Assembly: GCA_964252075.1 (NCBI GenBank)
Contig: CAXULY010000022.1
Span: 23,520-87,519 of the forward strand
From: an uncultured Deinococcaceae bacterium
GTDB lineage: Bacteria; Deinococcota; Deinococci; Deinococcales; Deinococcaceae
Reading direction: 5' to 3'
Length of the DNA stretch: 64,000 nt
A program made the translations under genes and the position numbers. Position 1 is the stretch's first letter. Every line of letters starts with the position of its first letter. Below, piece after piece: positions 1 through 13,165 of this stretch. Under the pieces are notes generated by a model. The model was not told where the DNA came from. It saw only the letters and a program-made list of their open reading frames with translations, and searched no databases.

Positions 1-19
1 GGCGCCGCGCGAGCAGGAC

Positions 20-53
20 AAAAAACAGCGCGGCCCTCACGAGGGCCGCGCCG
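20..53 (-). terminator. Intrinsic terminator downstream of pstS
   Basis: GC stem gcgcggccctc/gagggccgcgc followed by a T6 tract on the minus strand. Confidence 0.75.
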
Positions 54-64
54 CAGGGGAGCGC

Positions 65-1081
65 TTACTTGATGCTGCTGCCACCGTAGGTCATGGTGGC
101 GATGATGGCGCGGGCGCGCGTCTGAGCGGACGCCGGCAGGGGCGCGTAGTACAGCGCCTCGTTGTACGTCTGGCCCTTCGTGACCACCCAGTTCAGCATG
201 TCCTTCAGGGCCTTCGCCTGGGCCGCCGTGCGGTTCCCGTACTTCTGGTCCTGGTAGAAGATCACGTAGGTGTACGTGCTGATCGGGTAGCTGTTCGCGC
301 CCGTCGCGTTCGTGATGCTGGCGATGCCGCTGGTCGGCATCACGACGCTCGCGGCGGCGGCCTGCACGCCCGCGATGCTCGCCTTCACGAACTGCCCGGC
401 GCGGTTCTGCACGCTGCCGAAGTTGATCTTGTTGGTGAGCGCGTACGTCAGCTCCACGTACCCGAGGCTGCCGGGCGTGCTCTTGACGGCGCCCGCCACG
501 CCGTCACTGCCTTTGCCGCCCACGCCGACCGGCCACTGCACGCTGGTGGCGCTGCCGACCTTGCTCTTCCACTCGGCGCTGACCTTACCCAGGTACTCGG
601 TGAACACACCGGTGGTGCCGCTGCCGTCGCTGCGGTGCACGATCGTCACGGGCAGCGGGGGCAGCTTCGCGTCGGGGTTCAGCTTCACGAGCGCCGGGTC
701 GTTCCACAGCTTGATCTTCCCGAGGAACAGGTCGGCGAGCACCTTCCCGTTGAACTTCAGGTCGCCCGTCACGCCCGGGATGTTATAGATGGGCACCACG
801 GCACCCAGCGCGTCCGGAATCGTCAGGACCTTGCCGGGGTAACCATCGATGTCCGCGGCGGGCACGGGCACGTCGGTGCCCGCGAAGTCCACCACGCGGT
901 CGTGCAGCTGCTTCTGGCCGGCGCCCGAACCGACGGACTGGTAGTTCACGGCGTCCGCCTTGTACTCCGCGAACATCTTGGTGAACAGCGGGTACACGAA
1001 CGAGGAGCCGGAACCGGTGATGTTCACTGCGGACACCATCGAGGCGGACGCGAGCAGGGTCAGGAACAGGAGTTTCTTCAT
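65..1081 (-). CDS. pstS: Phosphate ABC transporter substrate-binding protein
   Basis: Signal peptide; [23 protein letters not shown] and YPISTYTY motifs typical of PstS. Confidence 0.95.
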   Translation of the reverse strand: MKKLLFLTLLASASMVSAVNITGSGSSFVYPLFTKMFAEYKADAVNYQSVGSGAGQKQLHDRVVDFAGTDVPVPAADIDGYPGKVLTIPDALGAVVPIYNIPGVTGDLKFNGKVLADLFLGKIKLWNDPALVKLNPDAKLPPLPVTIVHRSDGSGTTGVFTEYLGKVSAEWKSKVGSATSVQWPVGVGGKGSDGVAGAVKSTPGSLGYVELTYALTNKINFGSVQNRAGQFVKASIAGVQAAAASVVMPTSGIASITNATGANSYPISTYTYVIFYQDQKYGNRTAAQAKALKDMLNWVVTKGQTYNEALYYAPLPASAQTRARAIIATMTYGGSSIK

Positions 1082-1106
1082 CTCGCCTCCACTGTGCTGT
1101 CGAGTT

Positions 1107-1147
1107 GTCAGGCGTGGGTCAGGCGCGGGTCATGACCCTTGCCTGAC
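1107..1147. promoter_or_regulatory. 11-bp-period repeats upstream of pstS (PHO-box-like)
   Basis: GTCA at 1107, 1118 and 1129 and TGAC at 1133 and 1144; OmpR/PhoB-type spacing upstream of pstS. Confidence 0.55.
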
Positions 1148-1193
1148 CTCCCACCGTTTGGACCCGATTCAAGTGCCGGTGTAGCGTGTCGGC

Positions 1194-2159
<966 letters not shown>

Positions 2160-2207
2160 GGGGACGGCCCGCAGCCTGACGGGCGGGCGCGTGGGGTCAG
2201 TTCAGTC

Positions 2208-2606
2208 ATGTCCGAGGGCGGGGGAACGAGGCGCGAGCAGCTGGAGCAATAGCTGCGGGCGTGGCAGGCGCTGCTGGGCCTGAGCGACGGGACCATCCAG
2301 CTGGACCTCGTGCGCTTCAGGCACCCCTGGCTGAGCGGCGACATCAAGGTGGACCCTGTTCGCCGGGCGGCCCTGCTGCTGCTCGCCGACGCAACGTTCC
2401 GGGACGAGGAGGAGACCACCTTGCACGAACTGGTGCACCTCGTGCTGTGGCCGCTCGACACGACCGCGATGGATCTGGTGGAGGTGCTCGGACCGGAGGA
2501 CCGTCCCGCACGTGACTTCGCGCGCTGGAACCTGTTTCGGAGCAGCTCGCCATGGCCCTCCTCCGGGCGCGCGGGCGCCAGCCCAGCACCGTGTGGGCGG
2601 CATTGA
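2208..2606 (+). pseudogene. Disrupted HExxH (zinc-peptidase-like) protein gene
   Basis: ATG at 2208, in-frame TAG at 2250-2252, then the same frame continues LRAWQALLGLSD...LHELVH. Confidence 0.6.
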
Positions 2607-2670
2607 AGGACGAGGCGGGCTCCCGGATCGAACCAAGGGCGGAGCCGCTGGACCTCGCGCCTTCGCCAGA

Positions 2671-3243
2671 CTAGCGGTCCAGTCCCGCGAGGTCCTCGGG
2701 GGTGTTGGCGTTCCGGAAGGCGTCCGGCGCGACCGCCCTCACCGCGTCCCACGGGACGTGCACGGGCCGCAGCATCGCTTCCAGCGCGCGCAGGCGCCGC
2801 TCGCCCGCGTCGAGCAGCGCCGACGCGAGCGGGCGGGCACTCACGTGGTACAGCGCCGCGAGCACCTGCGTGCCCCCGCCCTCCGCGACGCCCGCCACGA
2901 ACTGCGCGCCCGGACGCCGGTGCTGCGCGAGCAGCGCCCAGTACGCGGGTGTGAGGAGCGGCAGGTCCACCGCGCTGAGCGCCACCCAGTCGCCCGGCGC
3001 CGCGCCGAGCGCCGCCTCCAGGCCCGCCAGCGGGCCCTCGCCCGGACGGGTGTCCGGCACCGGCTGCCAGCCGGGGAGGGCGTACCGCCCCGGTGGCGCC
3101 ACGATCAGTTTCGGCGCGCAGGCGTCCAGGGACGCCGCGACGCGTGCGAGCAGGCTGCGCCCGCCCAGCTCCGCGAGCGCCTTGTCGCGCCCGAAACGCC
3201 GGGACTGCCCGCCCGCCAGGATGGCGGCGCCCACGCCCCGCAT
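2671..3243 (-). CDS. mobA: Molybdenum cofactor guanylyltransferase
   Basis: ILAGGQSRRFGRDKA, GPLAGL, VDLP and NANTPED motifs. Confidence 0.9.
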   Translation of the reverse strand: MRGVGAAILAGGQSRRFGRDKALAELGGRSLLARVAASLDACAPKLIVAPPGRYALPGWQPVPDTRPGEGPLAGLEAALGAAPGDWVALSAVDLPLLTPAYWALLAQHRRPGAQFVAGVAEGGGTQVLAALYHVSARPLASALLDAGERRLRALEAMLRPVHVPWDAVRAVAPDAFRNANTPEDLAGLDR

Positions 3244-4673
3244 CAGCGGTCCAGCGCGCGCGTCAGCCAGTCCGCGAGGCGCGACGCCACCCGCCCGTAC
3301 GGCGGGTACGCGAGCTGCACCGGGCTGAGGGTGCCCTCGCGCAGCACCGCCTTCTCGTGACTGAAGGTGCGGAAGCCGTGCAGGCCGTGCGAGGTGCCCA
3401 TGCCGCTGCCGCCCACACCGCCGAAGGGCAGGGCGGGGTTCGAGAGGTGAAGGACGGTGCCGTTCACGACGAGCGCGCCGCTGCTCGTCTCGCGCGTCAC
3501 GCGCGCCTGCGCCGCCGCGTCGCGCGTGAAGTGGTAGAGCGCGAGCGGCTTGTCGTTTGCGCGGATCAGCTGAATCACCTCACCGAGGTCGCTGTAGGTC
3601 AGCACGGGCAGCACCGGTCCGAAGATCTCCTCCTGCATGAGCGGCATGTCCGGCGTGACGTCCGCGAGGACCGTGGGGGACGCGAAGCGCGCCGCCGCGT
3701 CGAAGTGACCGCCGAACACCACCCGCGCGCCCTGCTGCACGGAGCCGCGCGTGAGGCGCTCCAGCCGCTGCACGGCGCCCGCGTCTATCAGGCGTCCGTA
3801 CTCGCGCCCGTGCCGCTGCCAGCGCTCGCCGCCCAGGCGGCCCGCCACCACGCGGTCCAGGGCGAGCAGGAAGCGCTCCTGCACCCGTGCGTGCACCAGC
3901 ACGTAGTCGGGCGCCACGCAGGTCTGACCGGCGTTCAGGAACTTGCCCCACACGACGCGCTCCGCCGCGAGCGCGAGGTCCGCGCTCTCGTCCACGATGG
4001 CGGGGCTCTTGCCACCCAGCTCCAGCGTGACGGACGTGAGGTGCTCGCTCGCCGCGCGCATCACCAGCCGCCCGATGCGCCCGCTGCCCGTGTAGAACAC
4101 ATGGTCGAAGGGCAGGGCCAGCAGCGCCTCGGCGGTCTCCGGCCCGCCCTGCACGACGCTCACCAGTTCCGGCGGGAAGGCCTCCTGAATGAGATCCGCG
4201 ATGGCCTGGGCGGTGTGCGGCGTGCGCTCGCTGGGCTTCAGGATAGCGGTGTTGCCCGCCGCGATCGCCGCGATGAGCGGTGACAGCGTGAGCAGCAGCG
4301 GGTAATTCCAGGGACTGAGGATCAAGGTCACGCCGCGCGGCTCGGGCCGCACGGCGCTGCGGCTCCCGAACAGGGACAGCGGCGTGGGCACCGCCCTCGG
4401 CCGCATCCAGCGCGCGAGGTGCTGGCGCACGAACCGCAGCTCCTGCAGGACGGGATGCAGTTCGCTCACTTCGGTCTCGGCGCGGTGCTTGCCGAGGTCG
4501 CGCGCGACGGCCGCCGCGAGGTGCGCGCGGCGCGCCTTGATGAGCTGCCCGAGGCGGCGCAGCCGTGCGGCGCGGTCGTGTGCGGTGCTGGCGGCGGCCG
4601 TCCAGCGGTGCGTGCGCTGCGCCTCGAAGAGCGCGCGGAGCGGGGCAGTGGTGTCTCTGGGGGCCTCGATCAC
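3243..4673 (-). CDS. Aldehyde dehydrogenase (ALDH3/coniferyl-aldehyde type)
   Basis: PWNYP, KPSE, FYTGS, LELGGKSP, NAGQTC and EEIFGP motifs. Confidence 0.93.
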   Translation of the reverse strand: MIEAPRDTTAPLRALFEAQRTHRWTAAASTAHDRAARLRRLGQLIKARRAHLAAAVARDLGKHRAETEVSELHPVLQELRFVRQHLARWMRPRAVPTPLSLFGSRSAVRPEPRGVTLILSPWNYPLLLTLSPLIAAIAAGNTAILKPSERTPHTAQAIADLIQEAFPPELVSVVQGGPETAEALLALPFDHVFYTGSGRIGRLVMRAASEHLTSVTLELGGKSPAIVDESADLALAAERVVWGKFLNAGQTCVAPDYVLVHARVQERFLLALDRVVAGRLGGERWQRHGREYGRLIDAGAVQRLERLTRGSVQQGARVVFGGHFDAAARFASPTVLADVTPDMPLMQEEIFGPVLPVLTYSDLGEVIQLIRANDKPLALYHFTRDAAAQARVTRETSSGALVVNGTVLHLSNPALPFGGVGGSGMGTSHGLHGFRTFSHEKAVLREGTLSPVQLAYPPYGRVASRLADWLTRALDR

Positions 4674-4839
4674 GGCGGTGTCCTCCTGCGTCGCGCCCAG
4701 TGTACGCCGCTCCGTGCGGGCGCATTGTCACAACGTCAACGCAGCCTTTACGCGCCCGTTAGTTTGCACGCATGGCGACAGTGTGACGGGGGTGCCCCGC
4801 GTGTACTGGCGGAGCAGGAACACCACAAGGAGGAACACC

Positions 4840-5466
4840 ATGAACAAGACCCTGATGATCGCGCTCGGTGCGCTCGCACTGGCCGCCTGCGCCCCCATGA
4901 ACACCACGTCCACCGCCGACACCTCGGGCAGCATGGCGACCACCAGCACCTCCATGAGCTCGGATGACAGCATGTCCGGCACCAGCATGGCCGCCACCAC
5001 CCCGGCCGCCAGCACCGCCACCGCCGCCCCGACCGTGAACACCGCGACGCCCACCACCACCAACGTCACGGGCACCACCAGCGGCAACTACACCTTCACG
5101 AAGCAGCCGACCGCGCCCGCGGGCATCACCCCCACGGGTCAGCTGGCCCTCAACGTGAGTGGCGGCGGCAGCGGCAACGACAGCATCGACACGCTCGCGA
5201 CCCTGAGCGGCCTCGCGCCGAACACGTACTACGTGGCGCACTACCACGTGCAGGGCACCGCCTCCGCCGACCCCTGCACCTCGAACGGCGCGCCCATCAT
5301 GGCGACGGCCATCGTGGGCCGCTCGAGCGACACGGGCACCCTAACGCTGCGCAAGACCGTTGACCAGGCCACCGTCAAGAGCGCCACGTACTTCAACGTG
5401 CACACCGCCGCCGACGCGTCCGGCACCCCCGCCGACGCGGGCGTCGCCTGCACGCCCGTTCACTGA
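4840..5466 (+). CDS. Lipoprotein with Thr/Ser/Met-rich linker and C-terminal Cu/Zn-SOD-like domain
   Basis: Lipobox LAAC; GLAPNTYYVAHYH, NVH and two Cys as in the SodC fold; AGGAGG RBS. Confidence 0.7.
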   Translation: MNKTLMIALGALALAACAPMNTTSTADTSGSMATTSTSMSSDDSMSGTSMAATTPAASTATAAPTVNTATPTTTNVTGTTSGNYTFTKQPTAPAGITPTGQLALNVSGGGSGNDSIDTLATLSGLAPNTYYVAHYHVQGTASADPCTSNGAPIMATAIVGRSSDTGTLTLRKTVDQATVKSATYFNVHTAADASGTPADAGVACTPVH

Positions 5467-5477
5467 TCGAGGCGTTG

Positions 5478-5512
5478 AGGGCGGCTGAGGGCACTCCCTC
5501 AGCCGCCCTTTT
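5478..5512 (+). terminator. Intrinsic terminator
   Basis: agggcggctgaggg-cact-ccctcagccgccct followed by ttt. Confidence 0.75.
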
Positions 5513-5549
5513 CCTGGAGCCTGAAAGGCAGGGCGTCACGCCAGGGTGA

Positions 5550-6596
<1,047 letters not shown>

Positions 6597-6612
6597 CGGC
6601 GCCCCCCACCGC

Positions 6613-7719
6613 GTGAACGCCCGCACCATCCCCGACATGCTGCGCGCGTGGTGGCGCCTGCCGTGGCTGCGCCTGCTGGTGTACCTCGCGCTCGCGGTCC
6701 TCGCGTACCTGCTGGCGCGGCAGCTGACCAGCGTCATCGTGACGGGCGTCATCGCGTACGCCCTCGCCTACCTCGTGAACCCCCTGCTGGAGTGGTTGGA
6801 ACGCCACCGCATCCGCCGGGTGTTCGGGGTGCTGCTCATCGTGCTGGTGGTGTTGGCGGTGGTGGCGCTGCTGTCCTGGACGATCCTCGCGCAGGTCGTG
6901 AACCTCCTGAGTGACCTGCCGAACCTCGTGAAGCAGCTCGGCATCCTGGTGCAGCGCCTCCCCGGGTGGCTGGACAGCCTGCCGGGCCTGGACAACGTGC
7001 AGGCGCGCCTCACGAACTACCTGAACAGTCAGACGCAGCAGCTCAGCCAGAACGTCGTGCCGCTCCTGCAGCGGCTCCTCGCGTCGGGCGGCAGCGTGCT
7101 GGGCAGCGTCGCGAGCGTCGGCGGGTACCTGGGGCAGGTGCTGTTCGTGGTGACGCTCAGCATCTACTTCATGCTGGATTACCGCCGCGTGGGGCCCAGC
7201 GTGCTGCGGCTCTTCCCGCGCACGTGGCAGCCCACCGTGGCGTCCCTGTCGAGCGACGTGAGCCTGTCCTTCGGCGCGTACATCCGCGGGCAGATCCTGA
7301 TCGGCCTCGCGGTGGGCGTGCTGGTCGCGGTGGGCCTCCTCATCCTCGGCATCCCGAACGCGCTCGCCATTGGGCTCCTCGCGGCGGTGCTGGATATCGT
7401 GCCGTACCTCGGGCCGGTGCTGTCCGCGATTCCCGCCGTGCTGCTCGCCATTCCGGACGGGTGGGTGAAGGTCGTGCTGGTGGTGGCGGTGTTCGTGATT
7501 GCGAACCAGGTGGAGGGGAACTTCCTGTCGCCGTACATCCTCGGGAAGACCACCAACCTGAGTTCCGCGGCGGTGCTCCTCGCGATTCTGGCGGGCCTCG
7601 GTTTGGGCGGACTGGTGGGCGCGCTCCTCGCCATTCCGACCGCGACCCTCATCAAGCGCTGGATCGAGCACTACTGGATTCCCAGCCGCGCGCACGAGAA
7701 CCCGCCCGACACCCCGTGA
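6613..7719 (+). CDS. AI-2E family transporter
   Basis: Multi-TM protein; YIRGQ, VPYLGP and QVEGNFLSP motifs. Confidence 0.9.
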   Translation: MNARTIPDMLRAWWRLPWLRLLVYLALAVLAYLLARQLTSVIVTGVIAYALAYLVNPLLEWLERHRIRRVFGVLLIVLVVLAVVALLSWTILAQVVNLLSDLPNLVKQLGILVQRLPGWLDSLPGLDNVQARLTNYLNSQTQQLSQNVVPLLQRLLASGGSVLGSVASVGGYLGQVLFVVTLSIYFMLDYRRVGPSVLRLFPRTWQPTVASLSSDVSLSFGAYIRGQILIGLAVGVLVAVGLLILGIPNALAIGLLAAVLDIVPYLGPVLSAIPAVLLAIPDGWVKVVLVVAVFVIANQVEGNFLSPYILGKTTNLSSAAVLLAILAGLGLGGLVGALLAIPTATLIKRWIEHYWIPSRAHENPPDTP

Positions 7720-7733
7720 ACGCGCACGAAACA

Positions 7734-7757
7734 GGGGAGGCCCACATGGGCCTCCCC
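7734..7757. terminator. Hairpin between convergent genes (probable bidirectional terminator)
   Basis: ggggaggccc-acat-gggcctcccc. Confidence 0.6.
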
Positions 7758-7772
7758 TTCGCGTCTGGTGCC

Positions 7773-8402
7773 TTACTGTGCGGCCTGGTAGCGCTGCGCG
7801 ACGGCGTCCCAGTCCACGACGTTCCAGAAGGCCTTCAGGTAGTCCGGGCGGCGGTTCTGGTACTTCAGGTAGTACGCGTGCTCCCACACGTCCACGCCCA
7901 GGATGGGCGTGCCGCTCACGCCCGCGACGCCCTCGCCCATCAGGGGGTTGTCCTGGTTGGCGGTGCTCACCACGGCGAGGTTGCCGTTCTGCACGACCAG
8001 CCACGCCCAGCCGGACCCGAATCGCGTGGTGGCGGCCGCCTCGAACTTCTGCTTAAAGGCGTCGAAGGACCCGAAGGCCTCGTTGATGGCGTTCGCGAGG
8101 TCACCGGTGGGCTCGCCGCCCTTGCCCTGGCCGAGCACCGTCCAGAACAGGGAGTGGTTCACGTGCCCGCCCGCGTTGTTGCGCAGCGCGGTGCGCTTGT
8201 CATCCGGCACGCGCGACAGGTCCGCGATGAGCTGCTCGGGCGTGAGGTCCTGCAGTTCCGGCAGGGCCTCCAGCGCGGCGTTCGCGTTGTTCACGTAGGT
8301 CGCGTGGTGCTTGTCGTGGTGAATCTCCATGGTGCGCGCGTCGATGTGCGGCTCCAGCGCGTCGAAGGCGTAGGGCAGCGGGGGCAGTTCGTACTTGGGC
8401 AT
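7773..8402 (-). CDS. sodA: Mn/Fe superoxide dismutase
   Basis: [22 protein letters not shown] and DVWEHAYY motifs; AAGGAG RBS before MPKYELPP. Confidence 0.97.
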   Translation of the reverse strand: MPKYELPPLPYAFDALEPHIDARTMEIHHDKHHATYVNNANAALEALPELQDLTPEQLIADLSRVPDDKRTALRNNAGGHVNHSLFWTVLGQGKGGEPTGDLANAINEAFGSFDAFKQKFEAAATTRFGSGWAWLVVQNGNLAVVSTANQDNPLMGEGVAGVSGTPILGVDVWEHAYYLKYQNRRPDYLKAFWNVVDWDAVAQRYQAAQ

Positions 8403-8498
8403 GGTGGATCTCCTTTCGCAGCGCCGCACGGCGGGATGCCGCTGCGGCGACTCGGCCCTATCTAAACACCCTGGGGGCGGGGCCGAACAAGCAGTTTC

Positions 8499-9452
8499 TC
8501 ACGATTCAGCCAGAACCGCCTCGGGGACGGCCCCACCGAGCGCCACCCAGGCGTTCAGCAGGTCGTCCGGCACGGGCGCCGTGAGGCGCAGCGTCTCGCC
8601 CGTCACGGGGTGCGGGATGGTGAGCTGCCACGCGTGCAGCGCCATGCGCGGGATGACCTCGCTGGGCCGCCCGTACGTGCTGTCCCCCACGATAGGGCTC
8701 TCCAGGTGCGCGAGGTGCACGCGGATCTGGTGCGTGCGGCCCGTGCGCGGCTCGCAGCGCACGAAGGCGTACGTGCGCCCCTGCGAGGTGTGCCGCGCGA
8801 GCGGCGCGAAGCGCGTCTGCGCCTCGCGTGGGGACGCGCCGCCCACCGTCATGCGCTGGCGTTCCTTCGGGTGCCGCCCGATGGGCGCGTCCACGTTCAC
8901 GGGCCGCTCGGCGGGCCAGCGCCCCCCGGCGAGCGCGAGATACACCTTGCGGGTCTCGCGGTCCTTGAAGGCCGCCGCGAGGCGCGCGTGCGCCTCCACG
9001 GTCTTTGCCACCACGATCACGCCGCTGGTGTCCTTGTCGAGGCGGTGCACGATGCCGGGCCGGTAGCCGTCCGGTCCCTCTGCGCCCTCCTGCTCCGGCA
9101 GGCTCATGCGCGCCAGCAGGGCGTTCACCAGGGTGCCCGTCACGAGGCCCGGCGCGGGGTGCGTCGCCATGCCGGGCGGCTTATTCACGGCGATGAGCGC
9201 GTCGTCCTCGAACAGCACGTCCAGCGGCACGTCCTCGGGCGCCACGTGCGACGGCGGCGGGGGCGGCACGTCCACCGCGAGCGCCTCGCCGCCCTTCAGC
9301 TTGTGGCCCGCCTTGCCCACCACGGCGCCGTTCACGAGCACCCGCCCGTTCGTGATCCACTGCGCGACCTGTGAGCGGCTCGCGCCGCTCAGGGCGGACA
9401 GGGCGGCGTCCAGGCGCCCGGGCGGCGCCTCGAACTTCAGGACGTCACTCAT
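8499..9452 (-). CDS. rluD: RluA/RluD family pseudouridine synthase with S4 domain
   Basis: N-terminal S4-like domain; VHRLDKDTSG and GRTHQIRVH motifs. Confidence 0.88.
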   Translation of the reverse strand: MSDVLKFEAPPGRLDAALSALSGASRSQVAQWITNGRVLVNGAVVGKAGHKLKGGEALAVDVPPPPPSHVAPEDVPLDVLFEDDALIAVNKPPGMATHPAPGLVTGTLVNALLARMSLPEQEGAEGPDGYRPGIVHRLDKDTSGVIVVAKTVEAHARLAAAFKDRETRKVYLALAGGRWPAERPVNVDAPIGRHPKERQRMTVGGASPREAQTRFAPLARHTSQGRTYAFVRCEPRTGRTHQIRVHLAHLESPIVGDSTYGRPSEVIPRMALHAWQLTIPHPVTGETLRLTAPVPDDLLNAWVALGGAVPEAVLAES

Positions 9453-9566
9453 GCGCTTCACGCGGGTCGGGGAGGGTGGGGGCGTGGGTCATCCCATCAG
9501 GCTAGCGCGCGGTCCGGCACGAAACAGGGCCGGGGATTCATCCCCGGCCCCCTCCGCGTCCGTCCG

Positions 9567-10475
9567 TCAGGCTTCGGCGCGCTCCTCGTCCAGCGCGCGA
9601 ATGGCGTCCGGCGAGATGTGGTAGCGCGTGCCGCACCAGTGGCACACGACTTCCTGCCCGCCCTCGTCGATCATCTCCTGGCGCTCCTCCGGCCCGAAGT
9701 ACAGCAGGCTCGCCAGGGCGCGCTCCTCCGAGCAGCGGCACGAGAAGCGCGCGGGCAGCGCGTCCGGCAGCATCTCCAGCCCCAGGCCCTCGGTGGCCTG
9801 CTCGATGGCGCCCAGCAGGCCGCTGCGGCGCATGGCGTCCGTGAGGAGGCCCATGCCGCGTACGTTCGCCTCCAGGCGCGCCAGCACCTCGTCGCTCGCG
9901 CCGGGCAGCGCCTGCACCAGCAGGCCGCCCGCGCGCGCCACGCGCCCGCCCTCCTCGTACACGCCGAGCAGCAGCGCGCTCGGGATCTGCTCGCTCGCCG
10001 CGAGGTAGTACGCGAGGTCCTCGGCGATCTCGCCGCTCGTGAGGGGCACGCTGCCCGTGTACGGCTCGGCGTTGTCGAGGAGCCGCATCACGGCCACCTC
10101 GCCCTCGGTGCCCACGATGCCGCGCACGTCGAGCTTCCCGTCACTCTCGCGCAGGGGCAGGTCCGCGCCGGGGTTGCGCACGTACCCGCGCACCTCGCCG
10201 TTCACGCCGCCCTCCGCGACGATCCAGCCGAGCGGACCGTCTCCCTGAATGCGGACCGTCACGCGGTCCGCGTCGCGCTTCCCGAGCACCTGCGCGAGCA
10301 GCAGCGAACCCGCGAGGCTGCGCCCCAGCGCCGCCGTGGCCGTCGCGCTGAGGTTGTGCCGCAACCGCGCGTCCTCCGCGATGGCCGTCGCGTCCAGCGC
10401 CAGCACCCGCAGGGTGTGGTCGGCGGCGGTCCCGCGCAGGAGGTAGCTGCCTTGAATGTGTGCTTCTCCAGTCAT
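9567..10475 (-). CDS. hslO: Hsp33 redox-regulated chaperone
   Basis: [20 protein letters not shown] and CRC...CHWC zinc motif. Confidence 0.95.
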   Translation of the reverse strand: MTGEAHIQGSYLLRGTAADHTLRVLALDATAIAEDARLRHNLSATATAALGRSLAGSLLLAQVLGKRDADRVTVRIQGDGPLGWIVAEGGVNGEVRGYVRNPGADLPLRESDGKLDVRGIVGTEGEVAVMRLLDNAEPYTGSVPLTSGEIAEDLAYYLAASEQIPSALLLGVYEEGGRVARAGGLLVQALPGASDEVLARLEANVRGMGLLTDAMRRSGLLGAIEQATEGLGLEMLPDALPARFSCRCSEERALASLLYFGPEERQEMIDEGGQEVVCHWCGTRYHISPDAIRALDEERAEA

Positions 10476-10555
10476 CAGGAGAGTGTAGAGACCCCCGCGG
10501 GGACGAATTGGGAGGCGCGTTGGGTTGACGGGATGGGGGCGAACCCCCACCCCCT

Positions 10556-12166
10556 TCAGCTGCCGTACTCCTTGCCGACCTTGGGCCGCAGGAGGCTCGG
10601 CAGGTCCAGCGGGAAGCTGAGGCCCGCCCCCGCGCCCATGCGCAGCGTCACGGCCTTGCGGGCGGCGTCCCAGCCGAGCTTCGCGCCGGGCAGGCGGCCC
10701 AGCGCGGCGAGCGGCAGGAACGGCTGGCCCTGGCGGTACAGGACGTTCGCGCTCACGGTGGCGTTGCCGCGCCCCAGCACCGCGCCGCGCGGCGTGAGCA
10801 GCACGAGTCGGCTGCCCGTGGCGCTCACGGCGGCCTGCAGCGGCAGGTAGATCACCCCGTCCTGCACGGTCGCGGCGAGCGCCGCCTGCGTGGCGCTCAC
10901 CTGCGGGTCCGCGGGCGTGGGGGGCGTGCTGGCCTGCGGGGGTGGACCGCCGGGCACCGTGGCGGGCGGCGTGCTGGGCGTGGTGCGCGGCGGGGTGGTG
11001 GCCTGCGTGGCGCCCGGCAGGGCCGCGCTGGCCGCCGCGAGCGTCGCGGCCTTGCGGGCGCTCAATTCGCCCGCGTTCAGGGCGCGGCCCCAGCCGGCGG
11101 GCACCGCGCGGAAGCTCGGCCACGGCGCGAGCGCCAGCGGCCGGTACTTCTGAATGGCCTGCAGCTGACCGTCGCCGGTCGAGAAGTACAACGCGCCCGC
11201 GTCGGACACCGCCACGCCCGTGTCGATGCGCTTGCCGGTTGCGATGGTCCAGCCGGGTTTGCCCTGGCGCGTGATGGCGTGCAGCGTGCCCTTCAGATCG
11301 CCCACGAGGATCTGCCCGTCCGACAGTTCCACGGCGGGCGCGGCGATGGGCGCGCCCGCCTCGTAGGTCCACACGGGCCGCCCGTCCGTCGCGAAGCCGT
11401 ACACGGTGCCGTCATAACTGCCGACCACCAGGCGGTTATCGCTCGTGATGATGGGCGTGGCGTTCACGAACAGTTTCGTGCCGTACTTCCAGCGCACCTG
11501 CCCCGCAGGGTCCAGCGAGTAGATGAACTTGTCGCTCGACCCGAAGTACACGTTGCCCTGCGCGTCCAGCGCGGGGCTGCCGAAGACCGCGCCGTTCGTG
11601 CGGAACACCCAGCGCTGCTTGCCCTGCGCGTCCAGCGCGATGAAGCCCAGCTGCTGACTGCCCAGGTAGATGTTGCCGCTGGCGTCCACGACGGGGCTGC
11701 TGAAGCTGCCGCCGGGCAGCTTGTACGTCCAGAGTTTCTGCCCGGCCGGGCTGAGGGCCACGACCGTGCCCGCGCTGGTGGCCACGATGAGGCTGCCGTC
11801 CGGGCGCAGCGCGGGGCTGGAGGCGATGTCGCCGTCCAGTTTCAGGCGCCACTCGGCCGCGCCGCTGGGGCTCAGGGCGTACACGGTGTCGTCGTACGCG
11901 ACCACGTACGTGCGGCCCTGGGGCGTCACGACCGGTTCGGCGCGCCCGATGTCGCCCAGTTTGAAGCTCCACTGCTCCTTGCCGCTCGCGTCGGTGCGGT
12001 GCACCGTGGCGTCCGAACCGATGAAGGTGAGGTCGCCGTTGTCGGACACGGCCAGGCTGCCGAGGACCTTCAGGTCTTTCGTCCAGTTGACCTGCGGCGC
12101 CGCCGCGAGGGCCAGCGAGCTCGCAAGCTGAAGAATGATTAAAGGGATTGTGGGGGTTGTTCTCAT
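10556..12166 (-). CDS. Secreted PQQ-like beta-propeller repeat protein with Pro/Thr linker and C-terminal cell-envelope domain
   Basis: Signal peptide; repeated SSP...G.IY.GS.D..YAL...G...W units. Confidence 0.8.
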   Translation of the reverse strand: MRTTPTIPLIILQLASSLALAAAPQVNWTKDLKVLGSLAVSDNGDLTFIGSDATVHRTDASGKEQWSFKLGDIGRAEPVVTPQGRTYVVAYDDTVYALSPSGAAEWRLKLDGDIASSPALRPDGSLIVATSAGTVVALSPAGQKLWTYKLPGGSFSSPVVDASGNIYLGSQQLGFIALDAQGKQRWVFRTNGAVFGSPALDAQGNVYFGSSDKFIYSLDPAGQVRWKYGTKLFVNATPIITSDNRLVVGSYDGTVYGFATDGRPVWTYEAGAPIAAPAVELSDGQILVGDLKGTLHAITRQGKPGWTIATGKRIDTGVAVSDAGALYFSTGDGQLQAIQKYRPLALAPWPSFRAVPAGWGRALNAGELSARKAATLAAASAALPGATQATTPPRTTPSTPPATVPGGPPPQASTPPTPADPQVSATQAALAATVQDGVIYLPLQAAVSATGSRLVLLTPRGAVLGRGNATVSANVLYRQGQPFLPLAALGRLPGAKLGWDAARKAVTLRMGAGAGLSFPLDLPSLLRPKVGKEYGS

Positions 12167-12263
12167 TCTGTGGCGTGCTCCTTTACGCTCCTTTTAGACA
12201 GAGCTTTGGGGAATTTTAGACTCATCGAGCCTATAAAAAGGGCTCCTTAAGATGTTAAGTGCT

Positions 12264-13106
<843 letters not shown>

Positions 13107-13165
13107 GACGCGCCAGACGGCGGGACGCCCCCACTGGGGGCGTCCTTCCTTTCTTCCGGTGGGGC

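Noticed and set aside
9526..9552. Hairpin GGGCCGGG(G)ATTCATCCC(C)GGCCC, similar to one at about 45454-45477, considered as a REP element
   Set aside because: Only two short copies, both at gene 3' ends; explained adequately as terminators
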